DNA from: Gordius albopunctatus
Taxonomy: Eukaryota
Direction: 5' to 3'
Assembly: GCA_964276515.1 (NCBI GenBank)
Contig: OZ193910.1
Coordinates: 992,001-1,056,000, forward strand
DNA length: 64,000 nt
The notes under the pieces are model-generated. The model was not told the origin of the DNA, made no database searches, and was given only the letters and a program-made list of their open reading frames with translations. The translations under genes and the position numbers were made by a program. Shown here piece by piece: positions 45,107 to 57,914 of the stretch (positions are counted from its first letter, which is position 1; the number at the start of each line of letters is the position of its first letter).

Positions 45107-45379
45107 GTTATCGATTCTTTTGAGGGGTGCTGCTCTTAATATTAATATTCAAAGGTTCATTATTAAAAAATCCTTTGAAATTTTTAATATTTATGCATTT
45201 GGTCTAATTAACAATTTATAAAAATAGAGAAATAATTTAATTTTAAAAACAATTTTGTCATCAAAAATAAAAAGTGGGAATTCTTTGTAAAATTATGAAT
45301 CCATTTTAAATACAGATCTAAAAAGACTATATTTCATATTTTATCGGACCTCATTATAATTATATACACCATTACTTTT

Positions 45380-45790
45380 AATGTCCATGTGCCATGTGTG
45401 TGAAGACACAATCAATGATAATTACAAGTTTGGGATGTAAAGGCAATCGGAATGAAGGTCAGCCAAAATGTTCTTTGAAGTAGTTACATATAAAAATTGA
45501 CAAAAACACAAAAAACACAAAAAATGCATTGTAAAAAAGCAGTTTTTATAAGGTGGAGAGCTCTGTGCTGTGCTTGTGCTTTGCTAAAATAGAGGTGCTT
45601 TATCGATTTTAGGTGTAGAGAATAGAATTTACTTTTATATAGAGATGTATACGACTTTATAAAAGTGCTATCGTTGCAAAAATGTAATTAATGACTGAGA
45701 TTATTTAAGTGAGACTGACTTTGAGTGCAACGGAGCGTGAAAACTATAGATTTTGGGGTCAAATTTACCCCAATGTAGTATGAGTTTAAG
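45380..45790 (+). mobile_element. Possible piggyBac relic (Cys-rich C-terminus and right end)
   Basis: A decayed Cys-rich peptide (...LCAVLVLC*NRGALS...) followed by the palindromic GGGGTCAAATTTACCCC and a TTAA. A similar palindrome lies at ~40602-40618. Confidence 0.35.
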
Positions 45791-46557
45791 AAATATTTAC
45801 CCTGGTCAAGAAAAATATTTAGTGTAAAACATTAAATTAAATAATGTTTTTGTGATATAATTAAAAATTCAAAGACTCATTTCATGAAAAATTAGGAGAA
45901 AACAAATTAACCCTAGAGTAGAATTATTTTTTAAATTTTTTGTAAATTATTAAGATAAGAGCAGCTGATAAAAAAATATTTTCGTTTTTTAATTATATAA
46001 CGGGATGTAAGATAATGAAAATCGATAGTTTGGTCATTATAAGCCAGATGGAAGAAAAAATTATTTTGATGGTGAATTGGGACCAAAAACTCGGTCAAGC
46101 AGATATTATTTAATTTGTAAATTATATCATAAAAATTAATTTAATCAAAAGAACTCTGGACAAAAATCAATAAAAAAATTTATATTTAATATTAAAGGAA
46201 AATAGATTGTATTTGTTAATTTTGTAATTGCAGCGAATTAAAATTTATTCCATTAATATTAAATAACCGACGTCTATTAAAAAGTTATGTTTATTTTACA
46301 AATAAAACTTGATATAAAAGAAATTTAATTATCCTAATTGTAGGAAAGAATCGATATAATGATATACTTTTGTAAAGCCCCCATTAAATTAATTTTATCA
46401 AAAGGCAATATTTTAAGTTAAATTAGGATGGGGGGGGGGGGGGTCATAAACCCAAGGGCTATCTACCTAGACTATTGCGTTCCGCAGTTGAATGGTTGCC
46501 AGTTGCCACGCTACCACCATCCTCTGTTGATCTTATTTTTTTATAAAGGATGCCCAT

Positions 46558-46838
46558 GAATCTGGTGCAAAATCTAATATGTGCAAAATCTAATAATGTA
46601 ATATTCGTATTTTAGAAATTGAGACCGGTTTTCACGCATATTCATACGCATGTAATATGTACTAAAAAACTAGGTAATAAAAGGATACTATAATTGTTAA
46701 TTGAAACAAAATAAGTTAAATATCAAAATGTATAATACTATTTTATAAATAAATACATATTATCCAATAAATCACTAAATCTAACGCTAACCCTTGCCTA
46801 TATTACATTTTGCACATATTAGATTTTGCACAGAAGTG
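46558..46838. mobile_element. Mutator(MULE)-type MITE
   Basis: Inverted ends GTGCAAAATCTAATATGTGCAAAAT / ATTTTGCACATATTAGATTTTGCAC, flanked by the 9-10-bp direct repeat (G)GATGCCCAT (46548-46557, 46838-46847). Confidence 0.82.
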
Positions 46839-46944
46839 GATGCCCATCACTGCCCGTAATCTAATCTGTATGAATAATCATATAACTGCATTTCAAGTTT
46901 GCCGGTTAACCATTGTCTGCATTTATCAACTTACCGTTAAAGTA

Positions 46945-47234
46945 ATAAAAATAGCAAAAAACCAAGCGTTATATTTATTTAAGAAAATGATGATGTTTTA
47001 CGGTATCGAGACAGCTTTATTTATTGTAAAAAAACGGGTTGTATAAATAATCCGCTAGATGGCGGTGTAGACTACCAAAAAACATGGTTCCCGCGGTCGC
47101 AGGTTGATAAAAAGTATCTATAAACCATCTACAATGCTAAGGCAATAATCTGGCCAAATTTGGTGGCAATCGGTTGAGAACTGTAAAAGTTATTAGCGTT
47201 CAAAAAAAGGGACTTAGATTTTTCTATATATAGA
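46945..47234 (-). mobile_element. Partial (5' end only) non-autonomous Helitron
   Basis: 47050-47234 is nearly identical to 48833-49018 and begins TCTATATATA on the minus strand. No 3' CTAG/hairpin was found. Confidence 0.75.
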
Positions 47235-49018
47235 CTAGCTGTGCCAGGCCAAGCGTTGCTTTGGCTTAGTACTTATTTGGCTAAATAATTGGTACCTATC
47301 AATAAAAAATATATGAAAGAATTTGGGTCAGCTGAAAGAGAGTTTGTGATGTGAAAAAATATATTTTTATATTATGCAAATAAATAGTAGCTTAATAAAA
47401 AAGCCATATTTATTATTAATCAAATAGATTTATAACAGTTTTAAATATTATTAGGTAGCTATGTTTAGCGATAACGTGCATAGTTGAGTGACATATACAA
47501 AAGTCAATGATAATGTTTGACAATTCAGAGATAAATTTTAGTAATGCGTGTATAGTTAGTTGTGTATCGTCATAGCCTAAAATCTACAGTAATAAAATGG
47601 AGAGATAGTAGAAAAACACCTTAAAATTTGGTTTAATGAAGTCGTTTACAATCTATCAAACCCCTGAGTAAACACTCAAAAGTGTTGGAATGGCCCCCTG
47701 TCCGAGTGCCTCTTAAAGTCTCTTATTAATGGCGCTTCGGCAGAGGAACTTCCAGCGCTTAGGAGCTTAGCTCCACGCTCAGGTCACGAATGACCCGAAG
47801 CTTTCCCAAGTCGTAACCTCGTTCTACTATTATCGAACAACGATATCCGAGGCCTAAGATTAGGACAAAATAGTTGCTGAAAAAATTTCTTAACTTTGCA
47901 ATAATTCCCTAAAATCGAATGGCCATCATGGTCTACACTGTAATAGCAACAAAGCCCGGTATCTTTGACATACCGCGGTTAACAAACTTATAATATCTCC
48001 TCTATTCTTGAACTCACAGGCCTCTGTGAAGATAGCAAACAACCCGTTGGCCAATCTATAGGCGCTTGGGAAAAGGGACTCATTTTAGCATGGGACTATA
48101 GATGTACTGACGTATTCGCCCCATCTTATCACAACAAATATCCCCTGTCCACTCGGAAATTTTCAATTACCCTGAAATTAACAATACTATTTTAATTTGG
48201 TTGGCGCCATCTAGCGGACGTCAGCTACAACGCTTATCTCGATTATTATTTTATGTTAGAGTTGTGCTCATAGTTTTACATGTTTTTCTACTAATCTTTT
48301 GTCACATATTTCACTATTTTTATTCACCTTTGGGTTATTTTTTACAATATATATATATCTGTTACAAGTAAATAATTAAAAACCATAAAACAACAAAATT
48401 TTATTCTATATTATAGTGATTAAATGTGAACTCAAATCAATTACCTTTTGGAGATGATCTGGGAAATTAATCTTCTTAAATACTATAATTTTTGGTTCCA
48501 TTGCGACAACCACCCTAACAACCTTTGGCCTCCAAGCCTTACAAATTAAGAAAATAGGGAAAGTTGTAATATAAAAAACTTGGTAAAAATAGCGAAAAAG
48601 CAGGAAACGTGGGAACGTTTCTGAAAGCGCGCGTTATATTTATTTAAGTAAATGGTGATGTATTACGGTATCTAGAATATTTATTTGTTACAAATTTATA
48701 TATTGTAAAAAAAACGGGCGTAGTTGAGTAAAAAATTGAGACAAATAAGATAAAGCAATAGTGGAAAAATGTTTAAGGTAATTGGTAGCACCATAACGAT
48801 AAATAAGTACAAAAAACGTAGTATGTATGAACAATCCGCTAGATGGCGGTATAGACTACCAAAAAACATGGTTCCCGCTGTCGCAGGTTGATAAAAAGTA
48901 TCTATAAACCTTCTACAATGCTAAGGCAATAATCTGGCCAAATTTGGTGGCAATCGGTTGAGAACTCTAAAAGTTATTAGCGTTCAAAAAAAGGGACTTA
49001 GATTTTTATATATATAGA
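47235..49018 (-). mobile_element. Non-autonomous Helitron (~1.8 kb)
   Basis: Minus strand reads A|TCTATATATATAAAAATC ... GCCAAAGCAACGCTTGGC (subterminal hairpin) CTGGCACAGCTAG|T, with no TSD. Confidence 0.82.
47600..48150 (+). mobile_element. Degenerate CRE-like retrotransposon fragment (zinc knuckle/RLE region) inside the Helitron
   Basis: Translates with stops to GHHGLHC...NISSILELTGLCEDSKQPVGQSIGAWEKGLILAWDYRCTDVFAPSY, which aligns by eye to NIPSILEPL...RPDGSSLVPWSNGLHLKWDFTCIDLFAPSN of the 9510-12060 element. Confidence 0.78.
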
Positions 49019-49345
49019 TAGATAACAATATTTTTCGATTTAACTAGTCATAAGATAGGTTTAATTGCAGTTCGAAGTATATAAGCTCTATATAATCTTG
49101 CTATAAATTATTAATTAAAGTTATTGCAATCATAAATATCAAGGATATAGTTTTACGCGTAAAGTTTACCAAGACTTAGCCATTTAACAAAACAAAACAT
49201 TATTAATGAATGGGCAATCAAAGTATGATAGACTTGACGCATTAATATACCCAAGGACATATTCATTTAAGAGATAAATTAAACTTAAATTGCCCCCCCC
49301 CCCTATTTTTTCACCCTATTTCTGATCCGGGGGAGAGGGGGGGGT

Positions 49346-49931
49346 TCGAGCCTTGCACGGGCCGCCCCAAGTCCGAGCAGAGTTTAATAAAACAATCGGG
49401 TCTCGGGCTCGGGTCGCGCCTGATGAGGCGGCCAGACTTAAGGCCCGAATCCGGCCCGATATGACTAAAGCATTTTTTATAAAATATGATTTAAACAAAC
49501 TCAACTCGATATTAAATAATTATCTTCGTACACAATGCACAATATAGCTTACAAGCTTCAGCTTTTTCCCCTGTCTATAATATTTTAACCTAAATTGCAA
49601 ATCTTATTCTAGTATTCAAATAAATTCATAGTAGCTATTACTTTAGAAATTAAATAAGGATTTTTTTAAAAAAGTTTTTGATTTGGAACTGGTATTTGAT
49701 AAATTTTATAAAATTACATTTCCATTTTTAAATTATTATCCTAGTTGTAAATTACGATTTATTAACAATTTAATACAAATATGTATTTATATGGTAAAAT
49801 AATTTTAAAATAGATTTTTGAAAATTTTCTATTTGAAAAATTGGGTCGGGTTCGGGTCGAGTCAAAAATAAAAAAGTCGTTCGGGTTCGGGCCGGGATCG
49901 GACAGAAAAAAATTCACTTTGCAGGGCTCTA
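49346..49931. mobile_element. hAT-type MITE with TCGGG subterminal repeats
   Basis: Imperfect TIRs TCGAGCCTTGCA / TGCAGGGCTCTA, inserted into a G run. Confidence 0.68.
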
Positions 49932-50059
49932 GGGGGGGGGGGTGTTTTGCCCCCCCTGAAAAGGTTAAATTGATATTTTTTCCTTTTTACAGTGCAACTA
50001 AGGTAAAATCCGGGGGGCAAATCCCACAATTAACTTGGTATTACCGGTATATTATCAAC

Positions 50060-50835
50060 CAAGCACAGAAGATCCTGCTGTCGAAATGGCCAAACAAACA
50101 TAAAATTGAAGATATATGGCATTGAATAAGAAGATAGCCTTATTAGCGAGTGTCGTCAATTTAAGGCTTAAAACTTGAGTGTTTATCACCTTCACCACTG
50201 GGGTGATTAACCAGTACATGGCATATCCTGTAGAGAAATTAGAGATGACTGGAAAACTGCTATATCAAGTCAGCCCGATTTCGTATGAACTAGCGAGGTA
50301 TGGTATCAACACTGGATCGTTTATTAAGAGCAACATGAACGCGAAGTCATCATTGGAGACATTTTTGCACAAACCACGTGTGGCCTCCAGTGCTGAGTCT
50401 TTACAATGCTGGAAATCGAATGAACGTCGTTTTCCAGCCATCCAAAAATTGGCGAAAAATCTTCTCTCTATACCTGGATCCTTTACCCCGTGCAAAATAA
50501 TGTTTTTAACCAGAATCAATTTCGTTTAAAGAAGACTAGTGTTAGGAAGATAATTTGCCTTAAAAGTTGGCTAAAAACGGTTCTTGATTGTCTTAAACAT
50601 ATCATAGTTTTTGTTCGCCTTTAATATTTTTATTGTTGATGTGTGTATTTTTTTAAATATCTTTCAAATAAATCTTTAAAATGTATATGCAAATTAAAAT
50701 TCATAGTAGCCTTTTTAATGTGTTTTTTAATAATTAAAAAAACTTAATAAATATTCGAATCGATTTAGAATCCTTAAATTATTTTCGAATCGAATTCGAA
50801 TCTTCATTTTAATATTCGTCGAATCCGATTCGAAA
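50060..50835 (+). mobile_element. hAT transposase C-terminal remnant with right-end subterminal repeats
   Basis: ORF 50179-50529 has LQCWKSNERRFPAIQKLAKNLLSIPGSFTPC (hAT dimerisation motif). Clustered TTCGAA(T) repeats lie at 50750-50835. Confidence 0.75.
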
Positions 50836-52515
50836 TCCAGAGGCGTAGTGATTAAGGGATACAAAAATTGATAAATTTTTGAAATTTTAGCCATAATTTT
50901 AATAAATTTTAACAAATCTTGGATTGAAAGGGGGGAAGCCACCCCTCACTGCCCCTCTTTGACTACCCCCAAGGACACTTCGAGTGGGGGGAGCTATGAA
51001 CTACCTTTCCCCCCTTGACCAAAAATTAAAATTTTTGATTAAATTAAATGGGGAAAAACATTTTAGTTTAGTTTCATAAAAGATTTTAAGACACTTAAAA
51101 ACCTGGAAACACATTATATACAATTAATTTTTTTAATTTTTGTAAAAAATTCATTGTTAAATTTTTGAATATGATTGTAAAAATTGCAATGAAAGAAAAC
51201 CTAATTGAACATCATTTTATTCCCGCTGAAACACCAGATCTCCCCAGGAAGTGGCTAACTAAGCGATTATGTTTAATATATGAATTAATTTCTTATATAT
51301 TCCAATTGTTATAAATTATATGGTTTAATATTAAGTTGTTACTTGAGCATATATTGACAAAACATATGCATATCCTAACCTAATAAAGCATTGACTATCA
51401 AAATAAATATTATTTATTGTTAACTATCCTATCCTATATATTTATATAATCCACTAATTAATAATAATACCTAAATTTGATATAAATAGAATATTAAATT
51501 AATTAAAAATGTTTAGTATTTAAAATCTTTATTAAAGATAAAAGACTCACTTATAAATACCTTAAAAGAATTATATTTATTTTTAAATTAAACTTTCGAC
51601 AAAAAACATTAACCGCATTTTTTTGTCTTCTGAACACCACATGCATCAATGATCGTAAGCGATTAAAAGCTTATTCAAAAAATAGGATGTGAAGACATCG
51701 ATGTAATGAATTCCCAATATTAACGAATCATAGGTAATTCTCCTAATTCAGTTGATATCTCTTAATGACAATCTCTGTGCAAATGAAAAATGAAATAACT
51801 GTTTATTATGATGTTCCTGCCTGATTCTATACACAGAATTAATATCTTTATAATTTATCATATGTGTCTAAAGTTTCAGCTACAACCCATCACGGTTCTA
51901 TAAATTGCCCACCAAGGCCAGCCCAACCCCTTTAATTGCCCTATTCACTAATGCTGTCCGAATTTTAAATTTCAGGCATTAATTTTGTCATATTTACCAG
52001 AATATTTGATTTAATTCTAGAATTTTTATAATTAAAAAGTGAGAAAGTAAATATTAAACTATATAAAAAATCTCATTGCTATGGTGCCCGCGCAGGCCTA
52101 CTTAAAAATCTTAATTTACGACGGTTGCCTGTCTGACCCCTTAGCCGAGTGGGCCCGGCTAGTGTTGCGATCTCGTCTCGTCTCGGTCTCGAAAGCAAAA
52201 TCTCGTCTCGTCTTGGCCTAGAAAAATCTCGATCTCGTCTCGTCTCAGCCTAGAAAAATCTCGATCTCGTCTCGACTTTTAAAAATAATTATATCAAATA
52301 TTTTTTTCTGACTCTCATAAATTATTATATAAGATATAAATGGGTCATAATGGAACCAAATATTTATCTCAAACCCCAAAACACAAGCTAGATGGGTATC
52401 TTAAGGTAGGAAGCATTATTAGAGGTGTTGTATACTACTTGCCTCGAAGGTATAAAGTTGCTAAACAACGTTAAAATAATGACAAAAATGAGAGAGTAAA
52501 CTTTTGAGGATATCA

Positions 52516-52863
52516 TCTTATATATAAAAATGAAACTATGTGTGTGTGTGTATGCCGCCACCAATTTTGGAAAACAACCAGACCGATTTGGCTCAAAATT
52601 TCACAGTTTATTCCTGCCTGACACTCCGAAGCATGTTTTAAGATTTGTTCGAGCCAAATCGGTGCAGTAGTTTTCGAGTATTCGTACGCGTTGCACTGTA
52701 TACGGAAATGGGAACAATAGAAGTAGAACACATATACGACATCAAACTTTATTTTTACTTCAATAACCGCTTTGTCATCATATATGATGTCCTAAAATTG
52801 CAACATAATTTAATACACCCGGCCCGAGTAAATGGCAAAACAACGTTTGCCGGGTTCATCTAG
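52516..52863 (+). mobile_element. Short non-autonomous Helitron
   Basis: A|TCTTATATATAAAAATGAAACTATGTGTGTG ... GGCAAAACAACGTTTGCC (hairpin) GGGTTCATCTAG. Homologous to 57126-57369. Confidence 0.85.
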
Positions 52864-53061
52864 ATATTTATAACAAGTAATTATCTGAACATTGTAAATA
52901 CAATAAAATAGGCATTTTTGTCGGAAGAACATAAAAGTTTTAAGATCTTACGTTAATTGCACACATATAACTTAAAATATAAAATTTTCTTTAAAGCACA
53001 ATTTAAACTTCCCCATTTTATTAGATTCATCCTTGGATACTGTGAAATGTTAGAGCAGCTT

Positions 53062-53299
53062 GCTCTTTTTTGTGTTGGATGATGAACTTGTTGCGCATAA
53101 ACTCATTATAGGTCTAAATAATTTTATATTATATAAGCTATACAAATAAGTAACAAATACTTAATTAATACTCAAATACCGCTCTTTTTTGTGTTGGATG
53201 ATGAACTTGTTGCGCATAAACTCATTATAGGTCTAAATAATTTTATATTATATAAGCTATACAAATAAGTAACAAATACTTAATTAATACTCAAATACC
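53062..53299. repeat. Perfect 119-bp tandem duplication
   Basis: GCTCTTTTTTGTGTTGGATG...CTCAAATACC is repeated at 53062 and 53181. Confidence 0.95.
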
Positions 53300-54606
53300 A
53301 TAAGGGCTACTAACACTATGTTGTCTATTAAGATTATATTACAAATTTGAAATTTGAGCGAAGCGGATAATTAGGTGCGTAAGTAATGTACTATCAAAAG
53401 TTTCAAAATAATATTAGTTTGCATTTAATACCCTAAATTTAAATCCCATAAAATAAAAATTCTTAATTAGCTAAATTAAGACTTAATAGATAAAAATTAA
53501 AGTCGAGATCTCGACGATAAAATCTCGTCTCGTCTCGAAGTCAAAATTCTCGTCTCGATCTCGACTCAATTTTTTAAAATCTCCTCCGAGACGAGATCAA
53601 GATCTTTCTCGGGTTTTCCGCATCACAAGGTCCGGTGGCAAGCCCGACTTTTTGGTTATTTAATTTTTGATTAAAAACAAAATTTAACGTTATATTTTAG
53701 TCAATTATTGTGTATTTTAATTTGCATGATTTACATTTAAGGTATTAAGTTTAAATTAATACGTATGGAATATATTTGACATTAAAAAAATTCCTGTAAA
53801 TATTATATTTTTTGCAACATTTATCTAAATATTGTTGACCCTTAGGGTATGTGAATAATTTTATAATATCTTTATCACATATTTAAATCCATAGCATTAT
53901 TAAATATTACAAAATTATAGGCTTAGAATGAGTTGGGATTGAATAGTAAATATAAACAAAGCATATTTATATTTCGCAGTTATTCATCCTGCATAATGCG
54001 GTAATTATAAATTGGTGGTCAATCAGTTTGAATAACTAAACTAGTTAAGCTAAGGTGGCTCGAGATTTTTTAGCATCCGCTTAACGATTTCAAAAGTACA
54101 ATAGATTATTTAATGACACCGCAATAGATTAAATCTAATGCATAAGTTTTCTAGAAGTTTTATGCTTTAACTATATTCGATAATTAACTATTTAATGTCA
54201 AAGTTAGTTAGAATTGGAAGGTAATTATTTGGAATATAAATTTGATTATAATGATCTTTGTCATAAATTTAAATACGTGCAATTTAGAGTTTAAAACCTC
54301 ATATTCCTAATCCTATAATAATGATGCTTTTATTGTTGTTTCTACCCGTTTTTATATGTGCATCTAGTTATTAATTCTGTAAATAATAATATTATCAATT
54401 AACAGTCACTCGCACATTGTGGTTTATAACGCTATAGTAAACATGCAAGAAACACTATGGGCTATAATTAATAATGGTACTAATGGACTTAAATGTTTGC
54501 CTTAAATATGTTAAGGTCTACTTTAAAGCTTTAGCCAGGGTTAATAAAGGGTCTCAATTTGTTAAATTGTGCAACTAAGTCAACTATAACCGAAATTATT
54601 ATTTTC

Positions 54607-55677
54607 TAGTGCTGTAAACATTTGTAAAAAAATCGAACGCGTTCGCGTTCAACGTTCATTGACAAAAATCGAACGCGTTCACGTTCACGTTCGTTTAAAA
54701 AGAAAAGGAACGCGTTCACGTTCGTTCAAAATTTTATGATATATTTTTTAAAGTATAATTTAATATAAATAAATGTCTTATATTTTTTAATACAATAAAT
54801 AGCCATGATAAAAAATAATAGTTTTATTTCGACAATATAATTATAAATCAATATAATCTATTTTCTTATTTATTTTTAATAATAATTGTTTTTCAAAATT
54901 GTCTTCTGATAAGCAGGAACGCTTGGCAGTTAATACAGCATTAGCTATACTAAAAACCTGCTCCACAGGGGCAGATGAGGGGATTGGAGTATTATACTTA
55001 ATAAACAAATTTTTTAAAGGAGGAAATTTGTTAAAAACCTTTAATGTTTTGTCCCTCGCTTCAAAAAATTGCGGCAAGATATCATCCTCCAATGCGCCCT
55101 CTACTTCCTCGCCAAAAAATGATATCTCGGAATTGACAGCTCTTTCATTATCAATTCTAGGGGTTTCAATCCCTTTTTTCAATAACACTAAAAGTTTATT
55201 CTTTATAGGTTCATTTTAGTTATTGAATTTGATCTTTTATATGAAACGAGTGAAAAATATTTTTCATATTTTGGCCATGGCAATTTCAATTCATCTGCTG
55301 ATTTTGAATATTCAGAATCTGAAGATGACGACGATATAATATTATGATTGTCCATATTAACCTATAAATTAAACTATAATTAATAATATCAAACTAATTA
55401 ACTTTAATCTTATCTTCTTTTGCACGTTATAGTATGTTAAAAGTATTTCGGAATTGGTGATAGGAAACAGGAAAAACAGCTGATTAAAAAATATAATACT
55501 TTTTTGTTAAAAATTCGGATTGACATTAATTTTCAAATAAATAAAAACAAAAAAGGGTTTTTAAAATTGAACGAACGTTAAATTCGAACGCGTTCACGTT
55601 CAAAGTTCACCAAAAAATAAAAGAACGCCGTTCATGAACGCCTTCATAAAATTTGAACGCGTTCACTTACAGCACTA
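54607..55677 (-). mobile_element. Non-autonomous hAT transposon (internal deletion derivative)
   Basis: TIRs TAGTGCTGTAA / TTACAGCACTA, perfect 8-bp TSD TTATTTTC (54599-54606, 55678-55685) and GAACGCGTTC subterminal palindromes. ORF 55188-54841 has FPPLKNLFIKYNTPIPSSAPVEQVFS...LSEDNFEKQLLLKIN. Confidence 0.94.
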
Positions 55678-56002
55678 TTATTTTCTAAGTCTATATAGTT
55701 GACAAACACGGTGATTTGATACAAACGTTATAATTTTCTAGAACAATAAAATTTAATTTTCTATACTTTAAATTTATTTATAGTTTTTTAGTCTGCACTT
55801 TCCATAGAAAATGTAATTTTTTTGAATCAATTCATATCTTTATATTGACAATGAGATGTCGTGTCCCGCTTAATCTTTAAAAAGTTTGTGTATTAAAGTT
55901 TATCAAAAAATATAAAAATTTGCCATTTTAATTTTTAAAACTTATTTAATATTTTTAATAAAACAGGAGAAATTTTTATTCCGTATATATTTTTTTTAAA
56001 AA

Positions 56003-56152
56003 GTCGTGACGAGACGAGAATTCTCGTCGAGACAAGACGAGATCGAGATTTTTCTAGACCGAGACGAGACGAGATCGAGATTTTCATAATCGCTGCCGAG
56101 ACGAAACGAGATTTTGTTTTCGAGACCGAGACGAGACGAGATCGAAACACTA
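56003..56152 (-). mobile_element. Isolated end of a second (GTCTC)n hAT-type element
   Basis: Reverse complement of 52160-52280 (...GAGACGAGATCGAAACACTA). A further remnant lies at ~20160-20198. Confidence 0.75.
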
Positions 56153-56692
56153 GTAACGCATAGAACCCAGAAAAAGTTTGCCGATGGTACTCTTTAAATA
56201 GGCCACTAGACATCACTGTCTGTTTGATTTTATCTTATCTTTGCTATATTAAATAGGTCATTAAAGTACTTAAAGACGAATTATTTTCATAAATTTTTTT
56301 TTTAAATTTTATTAGCCCACGGTCTTTAATTCTATTTATAAGAAGGGCAAAAAAATTTGAGTTCATTTAAAACAAACAAAATATTGGGATTTTTTAGACT
56401 TATTTGATAGCAATAAGATTGGTAAATTTTATTATTAGGAATTGGCAAACTCCAATTAATATTCGATTTAAAGATTCAATAGAAATTTCGCTTGAGGTCC
56501 AAGATTACATTCGCGATGGATAACTTTAATAGGTTAGTAAGACTTTAAACTTTTAAATTGGAGCTTGAATTTAGTCAAAAATATGGTTTTATGTGTGTAC
56601 TCTATATTCTTCCGAGTTCCATATCTACACGCTTTCAAGGGCGTTTTGTAACGAATTGTTTATTTTTATTACCATAAGACGCATTTTGACCA

Positions 56693-57914
56693 ATGTCATT
56701 TTTGTCTAAAATTGGGAGAATATTAGGCGCTGCTCCCAAGCCTATAAAGAAAGAACCATTGACACCAACAGGTAATGTCTTATTGATATTTAGATTTATG
56801 TTGTTAAGTCTTGGGTGATCCCGTTGCAAGTGCCACTGGAACCGTCCAAAAGATATATAAATTACAAATTAAAGGCAATGATGTAAAGCTAAAGAATACT
56901 GTATTTAAATTTTTTATAGGATCCTTTTTTAACTAAACCTATTAAAAAAGGTCCAGGGACAAAACAACAACCTACATTGATACCTTCTGTATTTGATAGA
57001 AGAATGGTAGGATGCTTATGTAAGTTTTTGCTTTTATTAAATATAAAATGTAAGTTTTTTTTATTGAAAGAATAGTCAATTATTTAATTTTTAAATTTTT
57101 TTCAGTGAATGAGTTTATAGGATAACTAGATGAACCCTGCAAACGTTGTTTTGCTATATACATTATTGTGTTGTTGTTTACAAAAGTTGAGAATCAGGCA
57201 CTAAACCATTCTCAAAAATTACTGGACCGATTTGGCTTGAACAAATCTTAAAACATGCTCCGGACTGTCACGAATAAACTGAAATTTTGAGCCAAATTGG
57301 TCTCGTAGTTTTCCAAAATTGGTGGCAGCATATATACACACACACATAGTTTAATTTTTATATATAAGATTACCACTTGGTATATATTCCATGATATATT
57401 TTAATTCTTTCAAGTATTTTGACACATAATTTATATTGAAAATTATAAATTTAGATATTATCTATTTTAGATAGTTTAATAATGACTAATACCAACCTTT
57501 CTTTATTTTGTGAATAAGATTGATTATGTAATTTCAATCCTATATAACTAGAATATTAATTTCTGCTCAAATAAATATAACTTTGGTTTCACAAAAAATA
57601 AAAAATATCTATGATTGAATAACACTTTAAACATATTATCAGGAGAGATTAATGTGTTAGTTGTCACATTTTTATAATTATCAACTTACATAGAAAAAGT
57701 TCAGCTACAAATATTGCCTATACTTTTGACTTTATAAAATAACAAAATAATTATACAGTTCCCATTACATCAAAAGATAATTATATCAAAATTAGGTGAG
57801 GATGATATGCCAGGATTTACATGGATATGGCTATACAAAGATACTCCCAAGAGGTGTGAATGTGGTCATTGGTACTTATTAAAACAAGTTAAAAGCCCAT
57901 TAGAGACCGTTTAA
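56693..57914 (+). CDS. COX5B: Cytochrome c oxidase subunit 5B (123 aa)
   Basis: Exons 56693-56771, 56809-56882, 56920-57019, 57796-57914 (372 nt). Basic presequence-like N-terminus, then DPVASATG...GNDDPF...GPGTKQQPTLIPSVFDRRMVGCLCEDD...WIWL...PKRCECGHWYLL, with four Zn-ligand Cys. Absent from the ORF track. Confidence 0.93.
57126..57369 (-). mobile_element. Short non-autonomous Helitron in COX5B intron 3
   Basis: Minus strand reads A|TCTTATATATAAAAA ... GCAAAACAACGTTTGC AGGGTTCATCTAG|T, a canonical A|T insertion. Confidence 0.88.

Larger units (their letters stand above)
52160..53628. mobile_element. hAT-type non-autonomous element with (GTCTC)n subterminal repeats
   Basis: Left end TAGTGTTGCGATCTCGTCTCG, degenerate right end CCGCATCACAA, TSD GGCCCGGC/GGTCCGGT. 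The flanks rejoin into a repeat also seen at ~6350-6400. It hosts a Helitron and a tandem duplication. Confidence 0.72.

Noticed and set aside
52160..56152. A single 4-kb transposon bounded by long inverted ends
   Set aside because: The flanking 8-mers do not match (GGCCCGGC vs GTAACGCA), and the left end pairs better with 53628, where the host repeat resumes.
56635..56829. 64-aa minus-strand ORF
   Set aside because: It is the antisense shadow of COX5B exons 1-2.
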